Positions 24,728-34,632 of a stretch of 64,000 bases of DNA are shown here, piece after piece. Position 1 is the first letter of the stretch; each line of letters starts with the position of its first letter. The notes beneath the pieces are model-generated. The model did not search any database. It saw only the letters and a list, made by a program, of their open reading frames with translations, and was not told the DNA's origin. The DNA is taken from the IMG/VR virus record IMGVR_UViG_3300027747_004417, one strand, 5' to 3'. The DNA is from a virus. Made by a program: the position numbers and the translations under genes.

Positions 24728-25001
24728 GTACATTTTTTACTGTGACCATTGTTCTTTCAAAAAGATTATAAATGAAAACTCCGATTTAGAGGGTTTTGTT
24801 TTTGTTAAATCGTCACCCGTACAGATCAAGATCCCCAAGATGGACCCAGCAACAGGGGCGATTGTAGAACCTTCAAGTAGAGACCAGCCCAAAAAAATTA
24901 AGTGCCCTAAGTGCGGTTTTTCTAATAGACCCAAATCAATTAATGAGGAGTCAAAAAATGAGCAGGCCAATAACGCTGATGGACGTGAAACAGGCTCTTA
25001 G
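24720..25001 (+). CDS. Zinc-ribbon protein
   Basis: YCDHC...KCPKCG motif. Confidence 0.6.
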   Translation: MNKYIFYCDHCSFKKIINENSDLEGFVFVKSSPVQIKIPKMDPATGAIVEPSSRDQPKKIKCPKCGFSNRPKSINEESKNEQANNADGRETGS

Positions 25002-25338
25002 AGATTCAAGATTTAGAGAAAGTCTACCTAAAGAGTTTGAAGAAGAAGTAAGGAAGTACCAGCAAAACCCTGGTTGTGCGTGTAATGTTCCTTTGTATAA
25101 AAAGATAATCACAGAAGCTAAAGGGCCATTGCAAGCTTATTTTCCGAATAAGTCGATTGTCACTTTGGAAGAAGATGCTAAGAAATTAGCAGAAAATAAT
25201 TTCTCTGTTATCAGCTGCAGCATACACGAACTAGAATCCGAACTTAAAAAACTTCCTATAGGAAGGAAGCAGATAGCCGTAGCTCGATATGAAGATCAGG
25301 TTACTGTTGTAATTAACGAGCTAGACTTTATTTACTAG
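24958..25338 (+). CDS. Hypothetical protein
   Basis: GAGGAG RBS before the ATG at 24958, and a PGCAC motif. Confidence 0.55.
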   Translation: MSRPITLMDVKQALRDSRFRESLPKEFEEEVRKYQQNPGCACNVPLYKKIITEAKGPLQAYFPNKSIVTLEEDAKKLAENNFSVISCSIHELESELKKLPIGRKQIAVARYEDQVTVVINELDFIY

Positions 25339-26290
25339 CTGTGTAAACTTGTGTGTTTTCTTTTATATTCTCACAGGCATCTATCATTTTCAATGGATAC
25401 TTTTTGTACTTGGAGATTTCAATTGGAAGCTCATCGTCGTCTATCCTTCTAGATCCTAGTATTAAGGCGTTTTCATAGAAGTTCTTAGCCCTTTGAAGAT
25501 CGTTGTTTTTATAAAATATATCTCCGAGCATACACCAGAATTCTGCCATTAAAGGCTTTTCCGCTATACAGGATGTTATGTACCTTAATGCTCCTTCATA
25601 GTCATATTCTGATTTGACATATGATTTGACCATAGATAGGTAATACCTAGTCATTAAAGATGATGGTCTGTTTGAGGTGCTTTTATAAAGGTAAGTTTCG
25701 CCTGTGTTTACGAAGTTTTTCCATTCTTTTCTTAAAAGATGTATGCAAGACAAGTAGTATAATGGTTCGTCGTGTGTTGGGCTTCTAACCCTCCACTCAT
25801 TAAGTATCTTTATCTTATCTTCATCCAAGTACTCTTTGTTTGGAGTTATATAAACTTCTAAGTTTGTGGCACCTTCACCGGGATCGGCAGACTCAAATAT
25901 GGGATTCTTGAATCTTATATTTTTGTTCTTATGCCATATTCTTAATTCTTTGGTTATTAAATCGCCATTAATTTTTTTGATTCTATATGTTACGTTTTCA
26001 TCCGATAGGTCTATTTTATCTGGAAATGACACTATGGATTCATAAGGTTCTAAGAACATCATCCATGATTTGTTGTACTTTATCATGTAGTTTTTTGCTT
26101 CACTAAAGTCGTTTTTGAACGGAACATTAACTACTTCTACTTTTTTAAAACTTTTGCATGTGTTTATAACGTCTACCGAAGATCCTGCGTCCCCTATTAT
26201 TATTTTATCACATAATGGATATATTTGTTTTATAGAGTCTTCTATTGTCCTCTCGTTGTTTTTAACTAAAATATTAATTGTCAGCGACAT
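25328..26290 (-). CDS. GT2-family glycosyltransferase with TPR-like C-terminus
   Basis: INILVKNNERTI, IIIGDAGS, NDFSEAKN and WMMFLEPYE (degenerate DxD), followed by TPR-like helices (AEFWCMLGDIFY). Confidence 0.75.
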   Translation of the reverse strand: MSLTINILVKNNERTIEDSIKQIYPLCDKIIIGDAGSSVDVINTCKSFKKVEVVNVPFKNDFSEAKNYMIKYNKSWMMFLEPYESIVSFPDKIDLSDENVTYRIKKINGDLITKELRIWHKNKNIRFKNPIFESADPGEGATNLEVYITPNKEYLDEDKIKILNEWRVRSPTHDEPLYYLSCIHLLRKEWKNFVNTGETYLYKSTSNRPSSLMTRYYLSMVKSYVKSEYDYEGALRYITSCIAEKPLMAEFWCMLGDIFYKNNDLQRAKNFYENALILGSRRIDDDELPIEISKYKKYPLKMIDACENIKENTQVYTASK

Positions 26291-26438
26291 TTTTTTTAAA
26301 CTTTATCTCTAATAGTTTTAGAAAAGCTTCTGATTCATTTTTAAGTCCTAACTTTTCATAGAAATTTTGTAAATCTCTATAGAATTTAGGTGCCTCAGGG
26401 TTTTTGATTAACTCGTACAATATTTCATAAACTTCCAT
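26274..26438 (-). CDS. 54-aa hypothetical protein (absent from the track)
   Basis: MEVYEILYELIKNPEAPKFYRDLQNFYEKLGLKNESEAFLKLLEIKFKKNVADN fills the gap and overlaps the GT2-TPR start. Confidence 0.5.
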   Translation of the reverse strand: MEVYEILYELIKNPEAPKFYRDLQNFYEKLGLKNESEAFLKLLEIKFKKNVADN

Positions 26439-26451
26439 AACCTAATTAAGT

Positions 26452-27315
26452 ATGAAAAAAGATTTTGCTCCGCTAAGAAATACCAGACAAGAATTAAAGC
26501 CTTGGGAAGGATCTTGTCCAAAGAAACCCTGGGAGTACAAGATAACCGCAGTTATACCTTGTTTAGACACTTTTGAGCCCGTGTCTCTCTGCGTAGAACT
26601 CTTAAGGCTACAAACAGAAAAACCTTTTATTATTATCGTTGATACTGGTTCTTCTAAACAAGAGCTTGAGAAAATAGAGGCGTTAAGAGATAACGATATT
26701 GAGGTGCATTGTTTTAAGTTTAATGGTCTTATGCATCCTTCCGACTTTCCTGCAATAGCTATGGACTTTGCGTTCTCAGCCTGCAGGACCGAATTCTTAT
26801 TTGCGACACATGCTGATTGTTTTTTGAGAAAAAGAAGCTTTTTAGAAGATTTGTTGACCTTGTGTCCATCTAAATCACCTGTTGTTGGCTATGAAATTAG
26901 TCCTAGAAAGCATTCTGACTGGAAGGGTATGGTCTCACACACAGCAACCATGTACCACATGCCAGTCATGGACAAAATAGGTTTTGGGTGGAGCCTAAGA
27001 AGGTTGGCTAATTACTATAATATTGTTGACTATAAGCCCTGCCCAACAAGACCTGGTTGGCCAGATACGGAGATTTTGGGCAACTACATACTTAGAAAAA
27101 ACAATATAACTCCTTACTTGATAGGAAAAGAACTAAATTTTCAAAGGAAAAAAGACGATAACATCGACCACTTCAGGAGTTTTACAAGCGGAAAGCTCTA
27201 CAGTGAGTCTTATTTTAATTTAGCCTCTGACTGGTATGTTGAAGCTAAAGAAGAAGCGAATGACAGAATAAAGCTGTGGGCTAAAGACGAATCAAAGGAG
27301 ATTAATGTCAACTGA
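26452..27315 (+). CDS. GT2-family glycosyltransferase
   Basis: ITAVIPC, IIIVDTGS and FLFATHADCF motifs. Confidence 0.75.
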   Translation: MKKDFAPLRNTRQELKPWEGSCPKKPWEYKITAVIPCLDTFEPVSLCVELLRLQTEKPFIIIVDTGSSKQELEKIEALRDNDIEVHCFKFNGLMHPSDFPAIAMDFAFSACRTEFLFATHADCFLRKRSFLEDLLTLCPSKSPVVGYEISPRKHSDWKGMVSHTATMYHMPVMDKIGFGWSLRRLANYYNIVDYKPCPTRPGWPDTEILGNYILRKNNITPYLIGKELNFQRKKDDNIDHFRSFTSGKLYSESYFNLASDWYVEAKEEANDRIKLWAKDESKEINVN

Positions 27316-27844
27316 GTACTTGAACAACAAAACTTTTGAAAGACTCATCATACAGTTCCAAAAATGCAAGAAGCAAAAAATAAAATATCAATACTTTATG
27401 CAAGATATAAAGGATACGGAGAATAAGACCAAGCCAAGAGGCAGCTACACTAAGCCGGAACTATGGTTAAACATTGAAAAAGAATTTTATTCAGCCTCCA
27501 CAGATTACCAGGACTCCCAGAAGGAGCTTGCTATAGCTTTCTACACCCTGTCAGAGAATATTGTACGCTATGCAAAGTTTAATTTAATAGACATAGATGA
27601 CGCGGTTCAAGAAGGCGTTATGATATGCTTTGAGAAAATAGATAGATTCGATCCAGAAAAAGGTAAGGCATTCAATTATATGACCACCTGTATTCTGAAT
27701 CACTTTAGGCAGATGTATAGAACTGCTAGGAATTATAATGAATTAAAAAGGAGATACTTAGATTGGATAAGGATTCAGACTGAGAAGCAACAGCCACAAG
27801 GCAAAAAAGGTATTTTTAAGAAGCATAATATGTCTAATGACTGA
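27305..27844 (+). CDS. gp55: Late-transcription sigma factor, T4 gp55-like
   Basis: EYLNNKTF and DDAVQEGVMICFEKIDRFDPEKGKAFNYMTTCILNHF (sigma region 2). No region 4 is present. Confidence 0.8.
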   Translation: MSTEYLNNKTFERLIIQFQKCKKQKIKYQYFMQDIKDTENKTKPRGSYTKPELWLNIEKEFYSASTDYQDSQKELAIAFYTLSENIVRYAKFNLIDIDDAVQEGVMICFEKIDRFDPEKGKAFNYMTTCILNHFRQMYRTARNYNELKRRYLDWIRIQTEKQQPQGKKGIFKKHNMSND

Positions 27845-27898
27845 CACTTGATTATTTAAAACTAGATTGTACAATATAATGTATAATTGGAACAAATA

Positions 27899-28153
27899 AT
27901 GAAAAACAATCCATTTGATCAAATAGAAAGCCTAGAACTTATACAAAAGTTGATAGACAATGGCTTTGGAAAAATAGTTGATGCTTTTTTGCTTAACGAC
28001 TCTAAGGTCTATACTAAAAAAGGAAGACTTAATAAGAGCGGAGCCTGTAGGGTTCTTAAATGTAAGCCTAAGGACTTAGAGGATGCAATAGCTGCCTGCC
28101 AAAATCTTTTAAATAAAGATATGTCTTTAGAAAAAGACAAGGAAGAAGAATAA
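27899..28153 (+). CDS. Small hypothetical protein, possible HTH
   Basis: Start taken at the ATG at 27899. GRLNKSGACRVLKCKPKDLEDAI is helix-turn-helix-like. Confidence 0.45.
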   Translation: MKNNPFDQIESLELIQKLIDNGFGKIVDAFLLNDSKVYTKKGRLNKSGACRVLKCKPKDLEDAIAACQNLLNKDMSLEKDKEEE

Positions 28154-28162
28154 TCTTCAAGC

Positions 28163-28669
28163 CTACTCTATGTAGGCCCTGTCATATCTTAGAGTCAAGT
28201 CGCAGGTTAGTATTTCGCTGCTTTGCATATCAAGGTCACCAAACTCTATGTTTTGTGGATAGACGTTTTCATATATCCATGTTTCTATAACTTTGCCACA
28301 ACCATCATACAGTTCTAGGGTTGCTCTATCTTTCTTAAACCCTTCACATGAATAAAGGTAGCTCCCTTTCTGTGGGTCATACAGCTCCTTAATCCATTTC
28401 ATGACAGGATGTTCAGGTTTTTTAATGTCATACAAAGATAAGGTTATTGGCTTCCAATCCGGCTTACCAGGAAAGTATATGGTCTCAGATACATGCTGAG
28501 CTTCCATTTCTTTAAAGCTTAAGCTTGGACGTGCCGACTTTGAAGGAGGCAATGTGCTTATCCCTTGTGCACTTACTTGTGGGATTATTAGAAGCCACCT
28601 AAATTTTCTTTTAAAGCACACATCATCATCGCCTAATCCAAAATCCGGACCCATTGTGCTTCTAGCCAT
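28163..28669 (-). CDS. Tail tube protein paralog (gp19-like)
   Basis: FKRKFRW, YFPGKPDWKPITL, W.YENVYPQNIEFGDLD and LTLRYDRA motifs. Confidence 0.85.
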   Translation of the reverse strand: MARSTMGPDFGLGDDDVCFKRKFRWLLIIPQVSAQGISTLPPSKSARPSLSFKEMEAQHVSETIYFPGKPDWKPITLSLYDIKKPEHPVMKWIKELYDPQKGSYLYSCEGFKKDRATLELYDGCGKVIETWIYENVYPQNIEFGDLDMQSSEILTCDLTLRYDRAYIE

Positions 28670-28680
28670 TCTTTATCTCC

Positions 28681-28723
28681 AAAAAAATAACCTCGTACCT
28701 ATCTATTAGATAAGTACGAGGTT
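28681..28723 (-). terminator. Terminator between the two tube genes
   Basis: AACCTCGTAC.TATCT/AGATA.GTACGAGGTT hairpin followed on the minus strand by ATTTTTTT. Confidence 0.7.
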
Positions 28724-28752
28724 TTATATTCCAATTAAAATACTGCCAAATC

Positions 28753-29370
28753 TCAGCAACCAGCGCAGCAAGGAGTAACGCTTCCACCACAACGTGGTGT
28801 GTACTGTACTTCACTGTAACGCAAGGTTAGCTCTAGTGTAACTTCTTCTGAGGAAGAATAATCTAGCTCACCAAAGTTAACGGCTTGGGGCCAAACGTGA
28901 TTTAGCTCCCATGATTCCATCGAAGTTCCGCAACCATCGTATAGGTCTAAGTAAGCAGTAGCTGCGTAACCGTTACCGCCGCCGCCTCTTTGGCCTTTCT
29001 TTGATGATTGTGAATAAGGAACTTGCTGACCTGTGAAATTGTAAGTTGTAGCAAGCCAACTCCACAAGGCTGTTGCTCCCTGAGCAGTGTCTTGTCCACC
29101 TAAGTCGTAGAAGGTAACCGTGATGGTTTCCCAACTCGCCTTACCTGGAATCCACATCTTGCTATTCAAGAAGTTAATTTCAGTTTCTTCAATTGTCAAA
29201 TTGGGTCTGGATGCTACTTTCACGAAGAAGGGAGGTATACGACCACCTGAGCAATTTGTCTTTAGCTCGAAGGTCCACCTATACTTCCTCTTGAAAACTA
29301 CATTGTCTCCACCGAGTGCATCCATACCCATGTCATTAAGTCTAGCACCTGGTGCGAAATTATTTGGCAT
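28753..29370 (-). CDS. gp19: Tail tube protein
   Basis: FKRKYRW, WIPGKASWETITVTFYD, WPQAVNFGELDYSS and LTLRYSE motifs. Directly downstream of the sheath. Confidence 0.9.
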   Translation of the reverse strand: MPNNFAPGARLNDMGMDALGGDNVVFKRKYRWTFELKTNCSGGRIPPFFVKVASRPNLTIEETEINFLNSKMWIPGKASWETITVTFYDLGGQDTAQGATALWSWLATTYNFTGQQVPYSQSSKKGQRGGGGNGYAATAYLDLYDGCGTSMESWELNHVWPQAVNFGELDYSSSEEVTLELTLRYSEVQYTPRCGGSVTPCCAGC

Positions 29371-29403
29371 ATTTTAATTCTCCTTTTTTGCTGCTTTATA
29401 AGA

Positions 29404-31803
29404 TTAGAAGGTTGAGTTTGCGTTCTCCGTAAAACTTCCGGTTCTATGAATTGAGAACTCAATGAACATGAATTCTACTGCACGGGTTGGCTGTACTCCA
29501 ATTTGTGCTCTAAACTCATTCCTGTCGATCACGTCAGGTGTGTTCAATTCGTCGTCTGCCTTGATGAAGTAATCGGTAAGACCTCTTCCTCTCTTTACGT
29601 CCTCTAGAATTCCGGCACATATCGATACGAAGGTCTTTCTAAATATATCATCGTTTGGATCGAATAAGAGGCCTCTTACGGCTGCTCTAATTCTCTTTTC
29701 TATGTAGAACATTAGTCTACGAACGTTTACACGGTCTAGAGCTGTTGGTCTACGTTGTAGGGTCTTTTGGCCCCAAACTAAGAATCCATCAACATCTACG
29801 AACTGTACAATTGGGTTGATGCAATTGCGGTTACCGTACATTAGGTCTCTTTCTGCTAATGTTGGACGGTCGTACACATCAGTAACTCCTGGTACTATTC
29901 CGCGGTTTAGACCGGCTGGCGCAAACCATGGCTTAGCAAGGAAGTCGCTTCTTGCGATAACAGCAAGGATTGAGCCTGATGGTGGAACCCATACATCCAA
30001 TCTGTTGAAGTTATCACGAATCTTAACCCACGGCCAGTATAATGCACCGAAGTCGGAGTCAAATCTGGTGAGGTTAAGAGGATGCTGTCCGTTCTGCCAT
30101 GCGATGATTTCCTTAACGGTTAAACCGAATGGAGGATCAACAATTGCCATGCAATCCATTCTGTAATCCTGGCAGAATCTTAGCATTTCTGTTACAACTG
30201 AAGTGCTTGAGTGACCTGGAACAGCTATTAAATCGATATCGACCTGTTCTGGCTCACTAAGAACGTACAATCCGGTTGAAGCAACTGGGCTTCCGATTAG
30301 AAGCTCATCTTGACTGTCTGGATCTGATGGTATGCCGTCTGTTCCACCGCTTAGGGTGTAGACGCCAGCTAGAGGGCCAGATGCAACGTCTGTGTTGTCT
30401 ACGGCACGGATGTAGTCAGAAACTAGTGACAAATATGTTTCAACATAGTATGAACTTTGGTCATTCTTTGTTACTTGTCCCCAGCTTTCGACCTGAACAC
30501 CGTTGTTGTAAACTTCAATGTTGAAGTGATTTTCACGGGAATTGGCGACAATCTTGACCTGAGTCTGATTTCCGTCGATACCAGCTGAATCAGCTTGTAG
30601 TGTGAAGGATACTGTGTTGTCTGTGTTCTCACCGCCTGTTACAACACCAAATGAAGCTGTTGAAACGTCGTCAGTAGAGCCTTCTGGTGATACACCTGAT
30701 GCTGTTAATGTTGAAAGTCCAAATGCTTCAGCTGCTGTACTTGTGTACTTGACTCTGAGGCGAGCATCGGCACCGTGTGTTAGAGTCTTGAATACAAGGG
30801 CGTTGCCAACTGTGCTAGCAACCCAACCACCTGGGAGAGTTCCATCCTCTTCGTATCTCTGCTTGTTGATCTCTGTTACGATGTCTGCTATTGCTGTCTT
30901 TGGAGTTCCACCGAGAGATAGAACTGTATTGAGATCTAGAACTTGTAGGACACCGTCAACGTTTACGTTGTCTGTTCCGTCAACGATTAGTTCGATTGTC
31001 CAATCTGTTGAATTTGGAAGAGTGAACACACCAGCAGATCCACCAGTTGGATATTTGGTTGCTGTTCCGGTTACTGCTGCTTGTGTCATTCCGGTTCCTA
31101 GACCGGTTATGCTTGTGCCGCCGTATCCATAAACTGCATTTTGTACTGATACCAACTCAACTGATGATCCTGGACCGTATGCCCAAGTTGTTCTTACTCC
31201 GATTGGACTGTTATTGTCTGTCTCGTCTGTTAGATAGAATTCGATTCCATCGAGCTCTGTGTCTAGCTGAGCGTTTAGTTCGTCAACAACGTCTGATACG
31301 CTCTTGGCTGCAGCGTCTGCTTCAACCATTAGAGTCTTAGAGTTGAGGACACCATTTAGCTTAAATCTGAAGAAGTAAGCATCAACATCAGCGTCTTCGT
31401 ATGATGTGTCAAAGAGGTAAGGACCGTTTGTTGCTGATTCGATCTTTACAACATCGCCAGCGGCTGGAACAGATACGTTAGCTGTAAGAGCCTGCTCGTC
31501 GCTTACTGGATCTTCATCGCCAACTCTTACAACAAACAATTCGTTTGCTACTAAGAGGTACTGCTGAGCAGCGTATATTAGGTATGGGTCGCCCATGTCT
31601 GGATGTGGGTTACCAAATACAGTTGCTAATTGTTTTGAATTTTGAATCATGATCGGAAGGTTGAATGGACCTTTAGAAGCGAATCCAATCAAACCAGCAC
31701 GATGTAAACTTTGCTCTGCAACCACGAAGCTTAGATCTTTTTCAGCTATTCTAACGCTTGGGCTGATAGTATTAGAAGGTGGAAATCCTCTTAAAATCGC
31801 CAT
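29404..31803 (-). CDS. gp18: Tail sheath protein
   Basis: SPSVRIAEKDLS, GFASKGP, ALYWPWVK, PWFAPAGLNRG and WGQKTLQ...LDRVNVRRL motifs. Confidence 0.97.
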   Translation of the reverse strand: MAILRGFPPSNTISPSVRIAEKDLSFVVAEQSLHRAGLIGFASKGPFNLPIMIQNSKQLATVFGNPHPDMGDPYLIYAAQQYLLVANELFVVRVGDEDPVSDEQALTANVSVPAAGDVVKIESATNGPYLFDTSYEDADVDAYFFRFKLNGVLNSKTLMVEADAAAKSVSDVVDELNAQLDTELDGIEFYLTDETDNNSPIGVRTTWAYGPGSSVELVSVQNAVYGYGGTSITGLGTGMTQAAVTGTATKYPTGGSAGVFTLPNSTDWTIELIVDGTDNVNVDGVLQVLDLNTVLSLGGTPKTAIADIVTEINKQRYEEDGTLPGGWVASTVGNALVFKTLTHGADARLRVKYTSTAAEAFGLSTLTASGVSPEGSTDDVSTASFGVVTGGENTDNTVSFTLQADSAGIDGNQTQVKIVANSRENHFNIEVYNNGVQVESWGQVTKNDQSSYYVETYLSLVSDYIRAVDNTDVASGPLAGVYTLSGGTDGIPSDPDSQDELLIGSPVASTGLYVLSEPEQVDIDLIAVPGHSSTSVVTEMLRFCQDYRMDCMAIVDPPFGLTVKEIIAWQNGQHPLNLTRFDSDFGALYWPWVKIRDNFNRLDVWVPPSGSILAVIARSDFLAKPWFAPAGLNRGIVPGVTDVYDRPTLAERDLMYGNRNCINPIVQFVDVDGFLVWGQKTLQRRPTALDRVNVRRLMFYIEKRIRAAVRGLLFDPNDDIFRKTFVSICAGILEDVKRGRGLTDYFIKADDELNTPDVIDRNEFRAQIGVQPTRAVEFMFIEFSIHRTGSFTENANSTF

Positions 31804-31807
31804 AGTC

Positions 31808-32026
31808 TTATTCTCCCTTTGATGCTTTAGTTATGTGTCTTATGGAAATCAATCCATCTTTTTCTGCTCTATCTATGTATTCTGTTGATCTTTCTTCCTC
31901 AAGAAAAAAAATATTTTTTCCAGATCCCATACCGGGGACGTTAAGAGTTGTAAAAGATCTAGGTGCTCTCCTTGATTTTATTACTAATTGTACCGGAAAC
32001 TTGTTTCTATTTTTTATTTCTAGCAT
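31808..32026 (-). CDS. Small hypothetical virion-module protein
   Basis: Lies between the gp15-like and sheath genes on the same strand. Confidence 0.55.
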   Translation of the reverse strand: MLEIKNRNKFPVQLVIKSRRAPRSFTTLNVPGMGSGKNIFFLEEERSTEYIDRAEKDGLISIRHITKASKGE

Positions 32027-33033
32027 TCTAACTCCGTAACTGCTTCTTGTATCCTCGCCAAAATCTCAGAGATTTCCTGCTCAGTAGTTCCATCTACAAA
32101 GTCTACTCTTGCCTTTAAGACCGCTTTTTTGCGACTTATTGGCTGTGATATGTATGACTTGGCGGTTATTCCAAATTCGTACTTTATCACTTTTATAGCA
32201 CTATCACCAGGCTCTTGGTCAACATTGTTAGCTACACTATCTATTGTAACTATTATTTCCCAAGGTATGCCTGTTACTCGTATATATGCAGCTTGACTAA
32301 ATTTTGTTAAAATTTGTTCTATAATTTGATTCATGTCCTCTTGGTACATTGTCCAGGCCGTCACAGTATAGCTTATATTTAAGGGTATTCCCCGTGCTAC
32401 GCCAAACACTGTGTCTCTTTGATACTTTTCTTTTATAGCAAAGCCAGGAGGAGCTTGATTGAAACTAGAGTTGGGTTCGTACCTTCTGAAGTAGTTCAAA
32501 GCTTTATGATAAGTGTATCTTTCAAAGTCATAGTCTAGACCAGTCTGAGTCAATGCTATCATTGGAAGCTTTATTCTATCGACAACCAAAGTTTCATCTT
32601 TTCTAACGTTGTCTTGCACTATTGCTGCAACTGCTTTCTCAGGAGTTCCTAATATCACTGGTACAGGCCAAGCTTTTCCATCTTCATCTATGACAACAAG
32701 AGTTCTAAACATATCCAGAACGGCTTCGTCTGTTCCTCTGATTGATTTTGAGTACCTGTAGATCACGTCTCTTTCTGGTGTCTCTATATCATTGACTATG
32801 TTTCCCCTTTGCATGGGGTCACAATCAACTCTTGATCCAAAACCTGTTTTTTTCATTGTTTGGTCTTTAAGCCAATTCAATGTTGAATCGTTTGGTTCGC
32901 GGAGGTTATCCCCAATAGAGTCGTTATCACAGTATCCTGGTGATCTGTCTAGGTTTATGTTCGAACCTGGTCCTTTTTGGTTGCAATTGTTTAGATTACC
33001 TTGTTGATGATTGGGGTTGTTTGAGTTTGTCAT
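32020..33033 (-). CDS. Tail completion / sheath terminator protein (gp15-like)
   Basis: KLPMIALTQTGLDYD and PLNISYTVTAWTMYQEDMNQIIEQIL motifs, positioned upstream of the sheath. Confidence 0.7.
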   Translation of the reverse strand: MTNSNNPNHQQGNLNNCNQKGPGSNINLDRSPGYCDNDSIGDNLREPNDSTLNWLKDQTMKKTGFGSRVDCDPMQRGNIVNDIETPERDVIYRYSKSIRGTDEAVLDMFRTLVVIDEDGKAWPVPVILGTPEKAVAAIVQDNVRKDETLVVDRIKLPMIALTQTGLDYDFERYTYHKALNYFRRYEPNSSFNQAPPGFAIKEKYQRDTVFGVARGIPLNISYTVTAWTMYQEDMNQIIEQILTKFSQAAYIRVTGIPWEIIVTIDSVANNVDQEPGDSAIKVIKYEFGITAKSYISQPISRKKAVLKARVDFVDGTTEQEISEILARIQEAVTELEC

Positions 33034-33072
33034 TTTATCTACAATAATGCGGTTTAGGACTACAAGTAGTTA

Positions 33073-33948
33073 TTGTTCAAAATGGAAAAAATAAACGTAA
33101 AGTGTAGAACCTGGCATAAAGGAGTGTTTCCCGCTCCAATAAAACTGGAGATACCAGGTTGGGCGGGAATTGAAAATGACCATGGTAATGGTGACCATCC
33201 ACAACCTTGGCATTGCCCTCCTTTTGTGGATGGCTCTACTTATGGATTAGAATTAATTTATCCTTTTGAGAGTGAATGCTGGATAAAAAATGTAGACGGT
33301 AAAATAGTTTTTGAAGGCGATTTTGAAGAAGAAATTAAATCTTGTAAGGATTCTAATTTATCAAGTATTATAAAGCTTCCTCCTTTTTCTTCGTTTGCTC
33401 CTGGATATTTTGGTATGACCTCAGCCTTGGACATTAAAGTTCCTGAAGGCTACGTTCTAAGAACAGAGCCTCATCCTGCATTTTATACTGATAGCACTGG
33501 AACTTTCCCTTGTTGTTTGCCTGGACATATACAAACAAGCTGGTGGCCAAAGTTCTTTTTTGTTGTTTTTAAGAATCCACCTGTGGGAGGAAAGGTCGTT
33601 TTCAAAAAGGATCGCCCATACGGGCAGGTTCTAGTTGTTCCCAGGAAAGTTTCTTACTCAATAGAAAAGATGAATGAACAAGAATCGAAAGAACGAGACG
33701 CGATGACTTTTTCAATAGATAACAATAGTGCAAAGATAGAAAAAAAAGCTTGGATTGATAATAGAGGCAACGGCTTCAGCGATAGATACAGACAACTTTC
33801 AAGCTACTGCTCTAAATATGGTTGTGACGGTGTTAAGAAAATGTTACTTTCTTTACTTCCTGGTCCTAAGGCTATTCAGCCAATCGACCAAAAACACACC
33901 AAGGTTGAATATAAAAAGTGTCCAATATTTAGAATCAAGAAAAAATGA
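33073..33948 (+). CDS. Hypothetical protein (DUF6065-like / dUTPase-like beta fold?)
   Basis: Long ORF with PGHIQTSWWPKFFFVVFK and F.KDRPYGQVLVVP patterns. The family is recalled only. Confidence 0.4.
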   Translation: MFKMEKINVKCRTWHKGVFPAPIKLEIPGWAGIENDHGNGDHPQPWHCPPFVDGSTYGLELIYPFESECWIKNVDGKIVFEGDFEEEIKSCKDSNLSSIIKLPPFSSFAPGYFGMTSALDIKVPEGYVLRTEPHPAFYTDSTGTFPCCLPGHIQTSWWPKFFFVVFKNPPVGGKVVFKKDRPYGQVLVVPRKVSYSIEKMNEQESKERDAMTFSIDNNSAKIEKKAWIDNRGNGFSDRYRQLSSYCSKYGCDGVKKMLLSLLPGPKAIQPIDQKHTKVEYKKCPIFRIKKK

Positions 33949-34083
33949 AGCATTTTAAAAAGATAAGAAAGAGACAAGAAAGAGTCATTTGCTTCCTGCC
34001 AGACCCCGTGTTCTTTTTTAGTAAGCCTCAACTTCCAAAGAAAATTTTTTTTAAAGTGCATCCCCCACAACCAACAAAAGATT

Positions 34084-34626
34084 TTACACTATCTTGATCT
34101 TTAAGTCTGGTTGCTTTTGAGTTACCTTGCCTTCACCTGTAACAACGTCTTCTTGGAATCTCTGGCATATCAACTCTATTCTAAAAACTCCCCACATTTT
34201 GAATTCATTCAAGTTTCTTTGAACTATAACCCAATTCTCTCTTAAGTGCGGTGTGAATAATCTTGAGCCTATTTTGGGAGGATGACCAACTGCTTTCAGG
34301 ACTGACTTGTAATTTAATTCAAACGACATTTCATCCGGTGCATCTATGCCAAACTGGTTTAGTGAATTTTGTGAAGCTAGAGGATCATAATTACACCACA
34401 GCTCAACGGGGCAGCTTGAAAAAAGTTTATTTCTGGCTTCCAAGTATATTGGATCTATCATGTTTGGTTCAATTATAACTTCATAATAAAATATTGGGGA
34501 TCCTCCTCTTCTGATCGATTCTTCATCCCAACTATTGAACAAGTCAAACATTGGATTTTCTGGATCAAACTGTTGAGTGCTTCCCTGCAATTTGTAAGGA
34601 GTTCCATCTTTGTTGAGCAATCCCAT
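34084..34626 (-). CDS. Neck / head-closure protein (gp14-like)
   Basis: ESIRRGGSPIFYY, DPIYLE and LNQFGIDAPDEMSF motifs. Confidence 0.65.
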   Translation of the reverse strand: MGLLNKDGTPYKLQGSTQQFDPENPMFDLFNSWDEESIRRGGSPIFYYEVIIEPNMIDPIYLEARNKLFSSCPVELWCNYDPLASQNSLNQFGIDAPDEMSFELNYKSVLKAVGHPPKIGSRLFTPHLRENWVIVQRNLNEFKMWGVFRIELICQRFQEDVVTGEGKVTQKQPDLKIKIV

Positions 34627-34632
34627 AAAACC

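Noticed and set aside
33945-34103. Possible small gene, or a -1 slip at TTT AAA AAG into a KSHLLPARPRVLFSKPQLP frame
   Set aside because: The site is not a canonical heptamer, both products are about 50 aa, and nothing independent supports either. A homopolymer error is equally possible.
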